In this document: in pieces, positions 39,100-50,930 of the stretch
How positions within the stretch are numbered: the stretch's first letter is position 1
Layout: the number at the start of each line of letters is the position of its first letter
Assembly: GCA_050175015.1 (NCBI GenBank)
Contig: JBFXJJ010000001.1
Span: forward strand, 248,336 to 312,335
Length of the DNA: 64,000 nt
Direction of reading: 5' to 3'
Origin: Alphaproteobacteria bacterium
GTDB taxonomy: Bacteria; Pseudomonadota; Alphaproteobacteria; JBFXJJ01
The notes under the pieces: model-generated
What the model saw: the letters and a program-made list of their open reading frames with translations, nothing else
Told to the model about the DNA's origin: nothing
Databases searched by the model: none
Position numbers and translations under genes: made by a program

Positions 39100-40719
39100 T
39101 TAATTTTTCTTTTTTCTTTTATTGCGAGGCAGCAAGATATTTAATATTTCATAGTCCATATCAAAAGCATCGTTTTTCTTAGCATAATCAAACGCGGTTT
39201 CTTCAAAGATGTTTTTGGCATAGATATTGGCTCCGCATTTGACTAAAGTTTTAACAACATCACGGCTTTTGCTGCTTTTGGCGGCAAGCATTAATACGGT
39301 AGAGCCAAGCAAATCATCTTTCGTTTCTAATTTAGCTCCAGCTTTTACCAACACTCTTATGATGTCAGGATTTTGGTTAAATTGAGCAGCCCACATTAAA
39401 GGCGTGATTCCAATCTTTAAATTAACATCAGCGCCTTCATCGATTATTGTTTTTATAACAGCGGGATTGCTATTGTACCTAGCAGCTAAGATTAGTGGAG
39501 AATTTTCACTTTTTGCTAAAGCATTTGCCCCAGCTTTTACTAAAGCTTTGGCAACCTCGTGTTTTGTGTTATAGCGGCAAGCAAGCATTAACGCATTTTC
39601 ATTTTGTTTGTTAGTATCGTCAATATCTGCTCCGAGTTTAAGTAAATCACTAATAAATAGGTGGTTGGGATTATATCTAGCGGCCATCATCAAAGCGGTA
39701 TAGCCATCATTATTTTTGGTATTAATATCACAGCCTGCGTTAGCCAATACTTTTAGAATTTGATTTTTACGGTTATTTTTTGCTGTCAGCATTAAAGCTG
39801 TGCTGCCATCATTATTTTTATCATTTACGTTAAGACCGGCTTTAATAAAACAGTTAACAACTTCATGGTTACGGTTAAAACTTGCAGCCAACATTAACAG
39901 ATTGTCATTATTGCTGGTTCTATCAGCGATAGAGGCATCTTTTGCAATAAGAAAATCAATAACCTCAGGATCTTCATTATAAATCGCAGCTAACATCAAA
40001 GGAGATTCACCTTTGGCATTTTTAACTGTAACATCTGCCCCATTATCTAATAATGCGCTAACAGCTAAGGCATTTTTATTAGATTTAATTGCCCACATTA
40101 AAGGTGTCATTCCATCTTTATCAGCCGTGTTTATATTAGCTCTGGCTCTTATAAGACTAGCTAGAACATTATAATTTTTGTTTAGTGCTGTAGCTAAAAT
40201 TAAAGGTGTAACGCCATTTTCGCCTTGATGATTGACATCAGCACCAGCGTTAATAAGAGTTTCGATAATGTCTACTTTAGGAGACGTGCCTGCAAGATAC
40301 GTTAAAGGGGTTTTGCCGTTTTTAGTTACTACGTTGACATCGGCTCCAGCATCAATTAAAGCCGTAATAATAGCATTATCTAATTTTAGATTGGTTGCGC
40401 CAATCAAAGCCGTCGTCCCATCTTTAGCACTAATATTAACATCAGCTTCTGCTTCTATTAATGCTCTGATTAATTTTTCGGCATCAGATTTAGTATAAAA
40501 GAAAATAGCGTACATTAAGGCTGTACGTCCAAGACCGTCTACTGCATTAATTTTTGTTGTCGATTTATGGATTAATTTATTGATTTTTCTAAATTTTTTA
40601 TTATCAGCAATTGCACGCATCAAGGGAGTAACGTCAGATCTATCCTTTGGTTTATAACTAGCAAAGAAAAGGATAGTGATGATTAATAATAATGCAATTA
40701 TGCCAAAAAGTAATATCAA
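39100..40719 (-). CDS. Membrane-anchored ankyrin repeat protein
   Basis: N-terminal hydrophobic anchor; about 14 G.T(P/A)LM.AA...LI.AGADVN repeats; ends RNKRKKKN. Confidence 0.92.
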   Translation of the reverse strand: MILLFGIIALLLIITILFFASYKPKDRSDVTPLMRAIADNKKFRKINKLIHKSTTKINAVDGLGRTALMYAIFFYTKSDAEKLIRALIEAEADVNISAKDGTTALIGATNLKLDNAIITALIDAGADVNVVTKNGKTPLTYLAGTSPKVDIIETLINAGADVNHQGENGVTPLILATALNKNYNVLASLIRARANINTADKDGMTPLMWAIKSNKNALAVSALLDNGADVTVKNAKGESPLMLAAIYNEDPEVIDFLIAKDASIADRTSNNDNLLMLAASFNRNHEVVNCFIKAGLNVNDKNNDGSTALMLTAKNNRKNQILKVLANAGCDINTKNNDGYTALMMAARYNPNHLFISDLLKLGADIDDTNKQNENALMLACRYNTKHEVAKALVKAGANALAKSENSPLILAARYNSNPAVIKTIIDEGADVNLKIGITPLMWAAQFNQNPDIIRVLVKAGAKLETKDDLLGSTVLMLAAKSSKSRDVVKTLVKCGANIYAKNIFEETAFDYAKKNDAFDMDYEILNILLPRNKRKKKN

Positions 40720-40745
40720 AATAGTTTCCCTTTTGTAATGCTAAT

Positions 40746-42659
40746 TTATTTTTGTTTTTCAAATTCAGGGACAAGACTATGTAAAGTATCAAGTGCTTTC
40801 AAAGTCTCACCATTAATACAGAATTTTTCGACTTTTTCAAGTTCTTTAGCAAGCATTTTTAAATCAACAATTCTAGGTTCTGCCAAGAGAATATCTTTGC
40901 ACGGTGTTTTTAATAAAGATTCTGAGTTATAAAACAACTCTTCGTACATTTTTTCTCCTGGTCTTAATCCAGTATATCTTATTTCGACGTCAATGTCAGG
41001 ACGAAGTCCTGCAAGCTTTATCATTTGTTTTGCTAGGTCTGAAATTTTTACAGCTTCTCCCATCTCTAATACGAATATTTTGCCGTTATATTCTGGCTCA
41101 TTTTCTTGTTTTTGGCGGTGCCTTGCCCCTAAAACCGAAGCTTGAAGAACCAGTTCAACGGCCTCCTTTATAGTCATAAAATAGCGTGTTATATCGGGGT
41201 GGGTAACGGTGAGCGGCATACCATTTTCAAGCTGTCTTTGAAAAAGCGGAATAACCGAACCCGTTGAGCCTAAAACATTGCCAAACCTAACGGTCACGTA
41301 TCTTGTAGCATTAAAATCATCAGATAAGGAATTTTTAATATCAAGCGCTTGGCAGTAACATTCAGCAAGACGTTTGGTTGCTCCCATAACATTGGTAGGA
41401 TTAACCGCCTTATCGGTTGATATCATAACCATAACTTTTATGCCGAACTTATCGCAGGCATCAGCAACGATTTTTGTTCCTAGGGTATTGGTTAAAATAC
41501 CAGTCAGAGGATTGATTTCTGTCATAGGAACGTGTTTAAGCGCGGCTGCATGAAATACCAACTCTGGTGTTCTCTCCGCAAATATGAGTTCGATATGTTT
41601 TTTATTACGAACATCAGCGATAACAGGATTTTTCTTTATATGAGAAAATTTTTCGCTCATCTCCATATCAATATTGTAAAGATTAAACTCTGAATTTTCC
41701 AATAAAGTCATTTCTGATGGCTCAAAACCAGCAATTTGCCTTGTAAGCTCGCTGCCAATAGAACCGCCTGCACCAGTTATCAGAACTCGGCGGTTATGAA
41801 TCAGGCTTCTCATACTCTCTTTATCTAGCACTTTTTGTGGTCGTTGCAGCAAGTCTTCAATTGCCACAGGCTTAATATCAATTTTTTCATTAATGCCCGA
41901 GCGCAAATTATCAGCTTTAGGAATACGGGCAAGAGTCATACCGTTAGCAGAAGCAAGTTCAAATAGTTCGTTAATTTTTTTACCGTCTAAATCTTCTCTG
42001 GTTAGAATTAATTTTTGAGGAGCAAGATTTTTCTTAGCTAATTTAGCAATAACATCTTTGATATCTTCTTCAGTTCCAAGAACTTCAATCCCTCTAACCT
42101 GCTGTCCTACACGCTGTTTTTTAGCGATTATGCCAAGAGCTCGGTAATTTTCAACGGCTCCGCTCTGCATTGCTCTAATAAACCAGTCGGTTTCACTGCC
42201 TAAACCATATAGTAAAACAGGGATTTTGTTTTCAATATTTTTTTCATACAACAGCTCATAGCGCTTATCTTTTAAAATGCGGTAAAAGAAGCGGGGAGAG
42301 CCAAGCAAAGCACATAAGACAAACCAATTTATAATGATTGCAGAACGAGGATAAGAATCGACACGGTTAACCAAAAACAACAGAATAACAAAAGAAATCT
42401 GCAAAATTGTAACCGCTTTAATGATAGTTAAGAGGTCATTAAGCGAAGCAAAACGCCAAATTCCCCAATACATACGCATAAAGTGAAAAATAATACCCGC
42501 TAATATGGCATATCCTAAACTTAAATAGAGAACATAATTTTCATTAAAATGATTAAAAAAATTGTTTCCAACACGAAGGTAAAGTGCGATAGGCAAAGAA
42601 ATGAATGCCATAAAAAGATCGTGCAGAAATATTATTTTTCCTCTAGTCATTGTGGTCAT
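40746..42659 (-). CDS. Polysaccharide biosynthesis nucleotide-sugar dehydratase (CapD/WbpM/PglF family)
   Basis: N-terminal TMs, GAGGSIGSEL, STDKAVNP, RFGNVLGS, GLRPGEK. Confidence 0.95.
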   Translation of the reverse strand: MTTMTRGKIIFLHDLFMAFISLPIALYLRVGNNFFNHFNENYVLYLSLGYAILAGIIFHFMRMYWGIWRFASLNDLLTIIKAVTILQISFVILLFLVNRVDSYPRSAIIINWFVLCALLGSPRFFYRILKDKRYELLYEKNIENKIPVLLYGLGSETDWFIRAMQSGAVENYRALGIIAKKQRVGQQVRGIEVLGTEEDIKDVIAKLAKKNLAPQKLILTREDLDGKKINELFELASANGMTLARIPKADNLRSGINEKIDIKPVAIEDLLQRPQKVLDKESMRSLIHNRRVLITGAGGSIGSELTRQIAGFEPSEMTLLENSEFNLYNIDMEMSEKFSHIKKNPVIADVRNKKHIELIFAERTPELVFHAAALKHVPMTEINPLTGILTNTLGTKIVADACDKFGIKVMVMISTDKAVNPTNVMGATKRLAECYCQALDIKNSLSDDFNATRYVTVRFGNVLGSTGSVIPLFQRQLENGMPLTVTHPDITRYFMTIKEAVELVLQASVLGARHRQKQENEPEYNGKIFVLEMGEAVKISDLAKQMIKLAGLRPDIDVEIRYTGLRPGEKMYEELFYNSESLLKTPCKDILLAEPRIVDLKMLAKELEKVEKFCINGETLKALDTLHSLVPEFEKQK

Positions 42660-43776
42660 CTTTATTGTTTTTATTTTTATCTAAAATAATATTAATATTG
42701 TTTTTTGCTTCGGTAAACTCGCTTTTGATACCACTTATAACATCATTTTTAATCTCTTTGTAAGTCTTTTCTGGTTGACCTGCTTTGATACTTTTATAAA
42801 TCATAAAGCTCACATATATTAGAGACATATAAATAACTTTGTAATTAAAACAAGAGGTTATAGCGAAAAAAACCAATACAGCATTAATTCTTAAGATTGT
42901 TAAAGAAATTTCTGAATGAGAAAAGCCTTTTTGATGCAGTTTTTGATAAAAATGATCTTTGTGTGCTTCCCAAGGCTTTTTTCTTTGGAGAATCCGCAAA
43001 ACTAAGGTTGATGTTGCGTCGATTAGGTAATATAGAGGCAGAATAACAGCCGCTGTCCAATTACCTTCATAAGCGGTTTTTAATAGCAGCCAGCCCAGAA
43101 TAAAGCCCAGCGATATACTTCCAACATCTCCCATAAATATTTTTGCGGGGTGCCAGTTAAAAAATAGAAAAGCAAGGGCGGCAAAAGCAATAAATAAACC
43201 GTAAGCACCTAAGTAAAGTGGAAGAAAATTAATTATAAAAAGCCCAAATAAACCTGCGCCGATGCTAATAGTTTCAATGGCTGTGATGCCATCAATTCCA
43301 TCCATAAAATTATATAAATTAATAAACCATACGAGTAAAAAGACTAAGGCAACTCTTTCGGCAATAAGAGGGATAAAATCAGGGGTTAATTTGGCTTCTA
43401 ACGGTATAATTGCAACCGCCGCTGTTGCCGCTGCAAAATGAAAGAATAATCTTATTGCAAATGATAAACCTTTTAGGTCGTCAATAAAAGATACTGCGGC
43501 CAGCATAAGGAAACAGCCTAAAATCACCCAGATTTCATACTTATGAGGAGGTACTTTCCAAACAGTGTCTATATCAAAAAGATTAAGAATAATAAAACTT
43601 GCTATTATGGTAAAAACAATCGCAATGCCTCCGCCTCTAGGCGTTGGCGTCGTATGGCTGGAACGATTATTAGGAACGTCCAAAACGGTAAGCTTTTTTA
43701 TAACTAGTAAAACCCCTATTCCGCATACAATAAATGAGATTATTCCCATTAATAACAGCATATTGATGTTTATCAT
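42643..43776 (-). CDS. MraY/WecA-family phosphoglycosyl transferase (WbpL-like)
   Basis: RSSHTTPTPRGGG, NLYNFMDGIDG, FMGDVGS. Confidence 0.93.
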   Translation of the reverse strand: MININMLLLMGIISFIVCGIGVLLVIKKLTVLDVPNNRSSHTTPTPRGGGIAIVFTIIASFIILNLFDIDTVWKVPPHKYEIWVILGCFLMLAAVSFIDDLKGLSFAIRLFFHFAAATAAVAIIPLEAKLTPDFIPLIAERVALVFLLVWFINLYNFMDGIDGITAIETISIGAGLFGLFIINFLPLYLGAYGLFIAFAALAFLFFNWHPAKIFMGDVGSISLGFILGWLLLKTAYEGNWTAAVILPLYYLIDATSTLVLRILQRKKPWEAHKDHFYQKLHQKGFSHSEISLTILRINAVLVFFAITSCFNYKVIYMSLIYVSFMIYKSIKAGQPEKTYKEIKNDVISGIKSEFTEAKNNINIILDKNKNNKDDHND

Positions 43777-43795
43777 TGTTAAGAATCCTTACGAT

Positions 43796-44914
43796 CTAAA
43801 AATTACAGAGTCTTTTATAAACCTTTGCCGTTTTTTCGGCTATTATTTTTTCATCATAAATGTTTTCTGCCATTTGCCTTGCTGCTTTTCCCATTTTTTG
43901 CCTTAAAGGTGCATCTTGGCTTAATTTTTTAAGAGCATCAGCTAAATCTGAAGGAGATTTTAAGGGGACAAGTAAACCGTTAATATTGTTTTTAACAAGT
44001 TCACGGCAGCCCACAGCATCACTAGCAATCATAGGTTTGGCGCAAGCGCTTGCTTCCAGCAGACTTTTAGGCAGCCCTTCCCGCCAAGACGGTAGAATCG
44101 CAATATGATTTTCTTTCCAGACATTTAAAATATCATTTCTTTTGCCCTGCCATTCAATCAAGCCATCGCTATCCCATTTTTTTAAAAGCTCTTCGGGAAT
44201 GGCAGAAGGATTTTCGTTATCTGTATCGCCAACAAAAACAATCTTTATTTTAACATTGTCATTTTTTAAGATTTTTGCAGCCTCAACCGTTTCAATAACG
44301 CCTTTTTCCTTCAGCATACGAGCAACTAATGCCGCTTTTATTATCTCTCCACTTGGTTCTTCTTGAGAAGTATAATAGGAGCAATCAATTCCTGATCCCT
44401 CTATTTTGGTGAGGTCTTTAATTCCCAGTTTTTGAAAAACCGCAAAATCATCATCATTCTGCACAATAAGAGCCGTATTTTTTCTAGTTAAAATAAATTT
44501 AAGCAGCGGTTTTAAAAACAGTCTAACGGTTTTTCTTATTAAATCGTTGCCTGTAAAAATAGTTCCAAGACCAGTAAAGGCATTTACACGGCTTTTAACG
44601 CCTGTAATAAGCGCAGCCATAGAACCATAAAGAATCGGTTTAAGAGCGACGTGGTGTACGATGTCAGGTTTTTCACGGGCATAAATCTTAATAACATCAA
44701 TTAAGGTTTTAAGTTCTTTAAAAGGATTAATACCGCCACGATTTATACCTAAAGAAACAAAGTTAAAACCTTCTTTTTCAATTTTACTTCGGCACGAACT
44801 TTCTCGGGCAACAACATAGACATCAAAGCCAATATCTCTAGCTTTGCGGGCTACGGGCAGGCGGTGGGAACAAAAAGCCCAGTCTTCTGTAACAAAAAAA
44901 ATAATTTTAGGCAT
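43796..44914 (-). CDS. GT4 glycosyltransferase
   Basis: [35 protein letters not shown]; ATG 44914 preferred. Confidence 0.93.
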   Translation of the reverse strand: MPKIIFFVTEDWAFCSHRLPVARKARDIGFDVYVVARESSCRSKIEKEGFNFVSLGINRGGINPFKELKTLIDVIKIYAREKPDIVHHVALKPILYGSMAALITGVKSRVNAFTGLGTIFTGNDLIRKTVRLFLKPLLKFILTRKNTALIVQNDDDFAVFQKLGIKDLTKIEGSGIDCSYYTSQEEPSGEIIKAALVARMLKEKGVIETVEAAKILKNDNVKIKIVFVGDTDNENPSAIPEELLKKWDSDGLIEWQGKRNDILNVWKENHIAILPSWREGLPKSLLEASACAKPMIASDAVGCRELVKNNINGLLVPLKSPSDLADALKKLSQDAPLRQKMGKAARQMAENIYDEKIIAEKTAKVYKRLCNF

Positions 44915-46919
44915 TTTTATCAAGCCACATATTAAACATTAAAATTGACCAAAGCTGGTGATGAAAATTCCGTTTCCCTGCTAAATGTTCTTGCCATAGC
45001 GTATTAACCTTTTGAGCATTAAAAAAGCCTTGTTTTTCAAGTTTGTTAATACTGAAGTTGTCTTCGGCTAAACCCTTAAGTTCGTTGCGAAGCCAATCCG
45101 CAATAGGAACTCCAAAACCCATTTTGGGTCTTTCAATCAAATCTTTTGGTATGTGGCGATACAGCATTTTTTTCAAAATTTCCTTGCCGCTGCCATTTTT
45201 AACTTTCATATCAAGAGGCAGAGACCAAGCAAATTCAAAAACGTTATGTTCAATAATAGGAACTCTAGTTTCTAAGCTGTTTGCCATAGCTGCTCTGTCA
45301 ACCTTTACCAAAATATCATCAGTCATATAAAACATAGCATCGGTCAGCATCATACGCTCGATAAAGCGGTCTTTTCCTTTTAAGAAATCGAGTGTTTTAG
45401 GAAGATGGTTGGCAATGGTATGCGGTTCATCTTCCATATTTAAAATATCTAAAGGGTTGTGCCACGATGAAACTAATTTTAGATATAATTCACCATAAAA
45501 ATCATTGCTGTTAATATCACGTATTAAACTGGCAAGCTTGTGAGCTTTATCTCCGACTTGAAGCTGTCTTAATCTTTTGGGCAAAACATTGTTCGCAATT
45601 TCAGCCGTTTTATCAAAAGCAGTAACAGGAATAGAAGTTATAATATTAGATGCGGTATTTCTTAAAGATTTAGGAAAAGCTCCGATAACAGATGCCAGTT
45701 TTTTAGCCCGCATATAGCGGTTATAGCCTCCAAAAAGCTCATCACCACCATCACCCGATAAGCAAACTGTCACGTACTGCCTTGCCATTTTCGAAACAAG
45801 ATAGGTTGGAATTTGGGAGCTGTCAGAAAAAGGTTCATCATAAATTTCTGGCAGTTTGGCAACGACATCAAGAGCGTCTTTTTGCGTTACATAAAGTTCG
45901 GTGTGTTCGGTTCCTAGATGCTCTGCAACTTTTTTAGCATAAACAGCTTCATTAAAATTATCTTCTTTGAAGCCAATAGAAAAAGTTTTGATTTTTTTTG
46001 ACGATTGTTTTTGCATCAAAGCTGCGATTGATGAGGAATCGATACCCCCCGATAAGAACGCCCCCAAAGGAACATCAGAAATCATACAACCAGCAACCGC
46101 GTTGCTTAAAATGCTTTCTAATTCATCAACGGCTTCTTCTTCGCTGCCTAAGAAAGGATTCTGATTAGCATTTTTAACCGCAGAAACCGCAGACCAGTAT
46201 GCTTTAGGCGAAAAGGTATTTCCTTCGCTAGAAGGGGAAAAATTAAAAGGTTTACCGTTTTTAATAAGCTCAAAAGGAATTTCTAAAAAACTGCCAGCTT
46301 CTAATTTAAAGATGTTGTCATAGATGCTGTATGGTGCTGGAATAAAATAATGCCTAAGGAAGAGCGGTAAAACAGATTGATTAATTTTATTGTCAAAATA
46401 ATCAATCGCTTTAATAGCCTTAATTTCAGAGGCAAAGGCAAGGGTGTTTCCAACAAAACCATAATATAATGGCTTTTGACCAAACCGGTCTCTTGCTAAA
46501 AAGAGCTTTTTCTCTTTTTTATCCCATAAAGCTAAAGCAAACATTCCCGATGCTTTTTTCAAAGCATTTTCTAAACCTTTTTTTTCTGCATACTCTAAAA
46601 GAACTTCCGTATCAGAGCTGCCTTTAAAAACAAAGCCTTCGCTCTCGAGTTCCGAGCGCATATCTTGATAGTTATAAATTTCACCGTTGAAAACAATAAT
46701 ATGTCTTGAAGAAGCCGAGATCATAGGCTGATGCCCTAATGGCGATAAGTCTATAATCGAAAGTCTGCGCTGTCCGAATGCCAAACCAAACTCTTCATCA
46801 ACCCAAACGCCGCTGTCATCAGGACCTCTATGGGTTAAGGTATCTGTAGTTATTCTTATTGTTTCATTAATAGGTTTATTGCAGGCTTTAAAATTAATGA
46901 ACCCTGTAATACCGCACAT
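44907..46919 (-). CDS. asnB: Asparagine synthase-type amidotransferase (glycan locus)
   Basis: MCGI N-terminus, [27 protein letters not shown]. Confidence 0.93.
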   Translation of the reverse strand: MCGITGFINFKACNKPINETIRITTDTLTHRGPDDSGVWVDEEFGLAFGQRRLSIIDLSPLGHQPMISASSRHIIVFNGEIYNYQDMRSELESEGFVFKGSSDTEVLLEYAEKKGLENALKKASGMFALALWDKKEKKLFLARDRFGQKPLYYGFVGNTLAFASEIKAIKAIDYFDNKINQSVLPLFLRHYFIPAPYSIYDNIFKLEAGSFLEIPFELIKNGKPFNFSPSSEGNTFSPKAYWSAVSAVKNANQNPFLGSEEEAVDELESILSNAVAGCMISDVPLGAFLSGGIDSSSIAALMQKQSSKKIKTFSIGFKEDNFNEAVYAKKVAEHLGTEHTELYVTQKDALDVVAKLPEIYDEPFSDSSQIPTYLVSKMARQYVTVCLSGDGGDELFGGYNRYMRAKKLASVIGAFPKSLRNTASNIITSIPVTAFDKTAEIANNVLPKRLRQLQVGDKAHKLASLIRDINSNDFYGELYLKLVSSWHNPLDILNMEDEPHTIANHLPKTLDFLKGKDRFIERMMLTDAMFYMTDDILVKVDRAAMANSLETRVPIIEHNVFEFAWSLPLDMKVKNGSGKEILKKMLYRHIPKDLIERPKMGFGVPIADWLRNELKGLAEDNFSINKLEKQGFFNAQKVNTLWQEHLAGKRNFHHQLWSILMFNMWLDKNA

Positions 46920-46930
46920 ATAAAAATCCT

Positions 46931-48169
46931 TTATAAATAGGGTGAAACTCTTACTTCGTAATATCTCGAAGCGTTTTTTATAATGCCGCTGACAAATTTC
47001 TTTATTATAGGGCAGTCGAGTTCATAACGTTGACCTAATCTTATAATACTGTTAGCAATGTCATCTATTTCACCGATTTGACCATGTTCCAAATCAATTA
47101 ATAAGGGCGGTTTATAATCGTTAGGGACATCATTAATGATTTTCATTATGTCATCATAGGTTGCTTTGCTTCCGTCTTTTTTAGCAACCACTAAAGCTTC
47201 CCAAATGATTTTCTCCATTAACTCGAACCATCTTTTATCTTTTATAGCTGTTTTAAAAGCCTCTTTGGCCGCTCCTGAAATTAAAGATATAGCAGCAAAA
47301 GATATATTTTTAAGCCATAGCAAGTCGGTTTCACTATCCATTATTTTGAGGTCAATTCCCGCAAGCTTGAATCTATCAATAAGTTTTTCCAGTTTTTCTC
47401 GTTCAATCGTTTTGCTGTTTGCTACAGTAAGCGTTAGTTTTTTATCTAAATGGATAGTTCGATTAACATCTTCACGGTATGCCCAAACAGGTTCAACAAA
47501 TCCTATTGAAACAGAGGCTCCGTAGTCTTTTTGCAGATTTTTTAAAAAGTCAAAACCAGAAGTAATAACAATTATGGGAGTATTTTGAACTCTTTTGGGG
47601 TAAATAGCCGTCATAGCTATATCGATATGTGTGCTTCTAGCGGTAACTAAAATAAATTCAGGTTTTTGTTTAATCAAATAGGCGGTATCTGGCCTAAAAG
47701 AAAAATCATCATAAATTTTAGAGTTAATAGTGATGCCTTCTAAAGCAATTCTTTTAATGGAATTAGGAGATGAAAAACAAACCACATTTTGCTCTGAGCG
47801 CAGGAAAAGACCAGCAAACAAACTGCCAAGAGTTCCTGTCCCGACGATTGCTAAAGGACTGCCTAAAGCTTGTTTTTGTTCTTGGTTCAAGGAATAAAAT
47901 TTAGAGCGGGGAATAATTTCTTGAGGTTTTTTTTCAGTATAATTATCTTTCTCAGAAGAATTTTTTCCAAAAATATTTTTTATAAAAGAACCTGGCTGGT
48001 GTTGGTCTTTGGCAGCAAGTTCCTCATCAGATTCCTTATTTTGTTTAGAATCTTCATTAATATTTTTTATGTTATCAGAATCTTCTGCGACTTCTTCGGT
48101 TAAGACTAAAGCATCATCGTCATCATCATTTTCATTCACAATAACATCTTTTTTACTATTGTCGTTCAA
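46931..48169 (-). CDS. Divergent ketopantoate reductase (PanE/ApbA) family protein with ~100 aa acidic N-terminal extension
   Basis: [13 protein letters not shown] Rossmann motif; LWLK; [11 protein letters not shown]. Confidence 0.7.
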   Translation of the reverse strand: MNDNSKKDVIVNENDDDDDALVLTEEVAEDSDNIKNINEDSKQNKESDEELAAKDQHQPGSFIKNIFGKNSSEKDNYTEKKPQEIIPRSKFYSLNQEQKQALGSPLAIVGTGTLGSLFAGLFLRSEQNVVCFSSPNSIKRIALEGITINSKIYDDFSFRPDTAYLIKQKPEFILVTARSTHIDIAMTAIYPKRVQNTPIIVITSGFDFLKNLQKDYGASVSIGFVEPVWAYREDVNRTIHLDKKLTLTVANSKTIEREKLEKLIDRFKLAGIDLKIMDSETDLLWLKNISFAAISLISGAAKEAFKTAIKDKRWFELMEKIIWEALVVAKKDGSKATYDDIMKIINDVPNDYKPPLLIDLEHGQIGEIDDIANSIIRLGQRYELDCPIIKKFVSGIIKNASRYYEVRVSPYL

Positions 48170-48797
48170 AGTCTGCCCCAGTAATTAATTCTACAATTTC
48201 GGTCATATCTTTAATAACAAGTTTCACAGGTTTTTTATATTTTGCAAGCCCTTGTTCTAAACCTATAAACAAGCAGCCGAATTTTTCTGCCGCTTCCCTG
48301 TCATTATCCCCATCTCCGACCATAGCTATATTATAGTTATTTACATTTTCTTGAAGAGCAATTTTTTGTAAATTTTCAATTTTTTGATTATGACCGCCGT
48401 AAATTCCCTTGAATAAGTTGTTCCAGCCACGTTTTAAGACCGTTTTGCCAAGACTTTCTTCGGGAGTTGCAGAATTAATGTACAAAGCAAGCCCTTCTTT
48501 TTTAAGAGCTGTCAGAGCTTCAAAAGTACCCGCTATTTCTTGACATTTAGCAATATGGGTTTCAACGGCAGACGTATAAGCTTGGCTTAACTCATCGGCT
48601 TTTTCTGGTTTACCAATATCACTCGCAAAAAGTTTGAATATGCCAAAGCGATCTCCACGATTAGGGTTTTTAAATATAGCGTGCATTTTTGTTTCGCCAT
48701 CTTCAAATTGAGAGGCGATATCAAAAAATGCCTGCTTTTTATAAACTTCTGACCATACTAAGGTATCATCAAAATCAAAAACAACGCAGGAGATCAT
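48156..48797 (-). CDS. HAD-superfamily hydrolase
   Basis: FDFDDTL, INSATP, MVGDGDND. Confidence 0.88.
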   Translation of the reverse strand: MISCVVFDFDDTLVWSEVYKKQAFFDIASQFEDGETKMHAIFKNPNRGDRFGIFKLFASDIGKPEKADELSQAYTSAVETHIAKCQEIAGTFEALTALKKEGLALYINSATPEESLGKTVLKRGWNNLFKGIYGGHNQKIENLQKIALQENVNNYNIAMVGDGDNDREAAEKFGCLFIGLEQGLAKYKKPVKLVIKDMTEIVELITGADFERQ

Positions 48798-49407
48798 TCG
48801 TCGTTGCTTCTTTCATAAAATTTAGATGATCTTGCTGTAAAAGTTTTTCTTCTAAAGCACTCATTTCATCAAGTAAACTAGCAAGTCCAATCATACGAGC
48901 GGCAGCGGTAAGGTTATCGGCAACCATATCAGGCTGACATTTTGCTTCTTCTTCTATTCCTTTGCCTGTTCTTACTAGAATAGTTAAGGCTTTCATATTT
49001 TTTCCCATTTCAACATCAGAAGCTTTATCCCCGATAACAATACATTTATCCATCTTGAAATTGAAGACTTTAGCTGCTTCCTTGGCTAGTCCAATATTGG
49101 GTTTGCGGCAGCTGCAGTTATCATCTGGACCGTGCGGGCAGTAATAAACACCATCAAAAGTAACACCTTCGGCTTTGAGTTGTTTTAAAAGTTCGTCATT
49201 TACAGCTTTTACGGTTTCTTCAGTAAAATAGCCTCTAGCTACGCCCGATTGGTTGGTTATCATAATTAAGCCATAGCCTAAGCGTTGAAATTGTCTTAAA
49301 CCTTTAACAGCGTTTGGTAAAAGTTCTACTTCTGAAGGTCTTGATAAATAGTCTTTATCGTGAATTATAGTTCCATCACGATCTAAAATAATATATTTCT
49401 TTGCCAT
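48775..49407 (-). CDS. gmhB: D-glycero-manno-heptose-1,7-bisphosphate phosphatase
   Basis: LDRDGT, TNQSG, CPH....CSCRKP, GDKASD. Confidence 0.9.
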   Translation of the reverse strand: MAKKYIILDRDGTIIHDKDYLSRPSEVELLPNAVKGLRQFQRLGYGLIMITNQSGVARGYFTEETVKAVNDELLKQLKAEGVTFDGVYYCPHGPDDNCSCRKPNIGLAKEAAKVFNFKMDKCIVIGDKASDVEMGKNMKALTILVRTGKGIEEEAKCQPDMVADNLTAAARMIGLASLLDEMSALEEKLLQQDHLNFMKEATTNDLLRCF

Positions 49408-49437
49408 GTTTCATCTTCCTTATAAAATTGACTGGTC

Positions 49438-50766
49438 TCATAAATTCTTTACGAATCTAGCCATAAAAAAGCCATCAACTCCGCCGAGATAGAAGGGAAG
49501 AGTTCTAATATAGCCTTCTTTTGTAATTAAATGTTCTTCTCCAAATTTATTAATAGTTTCAAATTCACCAGATTTAATAGGTTTTAAAGATATTTCTGGG
49601 TGATTTTTTAAAACTTCTTCAACACAGTTTTCGCCTTCTTCTTTTTCTAAAGAACAAACCGAATAGATAACTGTTCCGCCTTTCTTAACCATAGCAAAAG
49701 CGGTTTCTAATAAGCGTTTTTGCTGTTCATTAATTTTGGTAATGTCTTTTGCTGTTTTTAGAATCGTAATGTCTGGATTTTTTTTGATGGTTCCCGTAGA
49801 AGAGCATGGCGCATCAAGCAGAACAGCATCAAACAACCCAATTTGTTTTTGGGTGGCTTCAAACCATTTTTGCGCATCATCATTAATAATCCCACAAGAT
49901 AAATTTAAGCGCTTTAGATTATCCTGCAAACGACCAACTCTGCTTTTAGAACGATCAATCGCCGTAACAATTGCTCCGGCAGTAATTAATTGTGCAGTTT
50001 TTCCACCAGGTGCCGCACATAAATCAGCGATTCTTAAACCATTGATGTTTCCAAGCAGTCTAACTGGCAGTGAGGCTGCCGCATCTTGAATCCACCAGTC
50101 GCCACTGTCAAAACCTTCTAATTCTGTTATTATTCCGCTGCTTTTTAAGCGAACAGTATGGTTTAAGATAACTTCGCCGCCTAATTTTTCTGCCCAATAT
50201 TCGTCTTTATTTTTAACGGTGATGTCAAGATTGGGTTCTTCAAGATTTGCTTGAGCAATTTTTCGGCATATGTCTTTACCGTAAAAATTCTGCCAGCTTT
50301 GCCACAGCCATTCTGGAGTATTTAGCCTTGCTTCATCTTGTTTTTGAACAATGGCTTGTCCTTCTTTAGAAATTTTCCTAAGAACAGCGTTGATCAAACC
50401 CTTATATCTTGCAAAACCTAAAGCTTCGGCAAGTCTAACCGAGGTATCAACACTAGCGTGAGCAGGGGTATTCAAAAAAATTATTTGGGCAACACCAATG
50501 CGCAAAATTTCTTCAACGCCGATTGCTTGTTTAGGAATAGCATTTTTTACGTAATTGCCTATAATATCATCGATTTGTCCTAAGCGGCGCAAAACGGTGG
50601 TTGCGAGCATACGAACGAAGGCTCGGTCTCTCGTGTCCAACTTGCTGTTGCCAAGCTCTAAGTCCAGCGCTTCGTCAAGAGGGCGGTTTTTCCTGACAAC
50701 AGAAGTTATTATTTTAAAAACTACATTACGTGACGTTGTTGTACTATTCATATCTTTTAAAGCCAT
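49438..50766 (-). CDS. rsmB: RsmB/Sun RNA m5C methyltransferase with NusB-like domain
   Basis: WWIQDAAA, CAAPGGKT, DAPCSSTG, YSVCSL. Confidence 0.9.
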   Translation of the reverse strand: MALKDMNSTTTSRNVVFKIITSVVRKNRPLDEALDLELGNSKLDTRDRAFVRMLATTVLRRLGQIDDIIGNYVKNAIPKQAIGVEEILRIGVAQIIFLNTPAHASVDTSVRLAEALGFARYKGLINAVLRKISKEGQAIVQKQDEARLNTPEWLWQSWQNFYGKDICRKIAQANLEEPNLDITVKNKDEYWAEKLGGEVILNHTVRLKSSGIITELEGFDSGDWWIQDAAASLPVRLLGNINGLRIADLCAAPGGKTAQLITAGAIVTAIDRSKSRVGRLQDNLKRLNLSCGIINDDAQKWFEATQKQIGLFDAVLLDAPCSSTGTIKKNPDITILKTAKDITKINEQQKRLLETAFAMVKKGGTVIYSVCSLEKEEGENCVEEVLKNHPEISLKPIKSGEFETINKFGEEHLITKEGYIRTLPFYLGGVDGFFMARFVKNL

Positions 50767-50854
50767 AATTTTTTGTTATTAAGACCATAAAAGCATAAAA
50801 GGTGTTAACAAATAGTGATTATTTTTAAAAAAATTTACAATTTTTAATTTTTTT

Positions 50855-50887
50855 GTTCTTGCGCTGTTCTGTTTGTGTTCGTATAAT
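50855..50887 (+). promoter_or_regulatory. Triple LexA box (GTTC-N7-GTTC-N7-GTTC) overlapping a sigma70 promoter
   Basis: GTTC at 50855, 50866, 50877; -35 TTGCGC at 50859 and -10 TATAAT at 50882, 17-nt spacer. Confidence 0.8.
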
Positions 50888-50930
50888 GTATTTTGTATGG
50901 TTTAATTAATTGTTTTTAAAGGGATATAAT

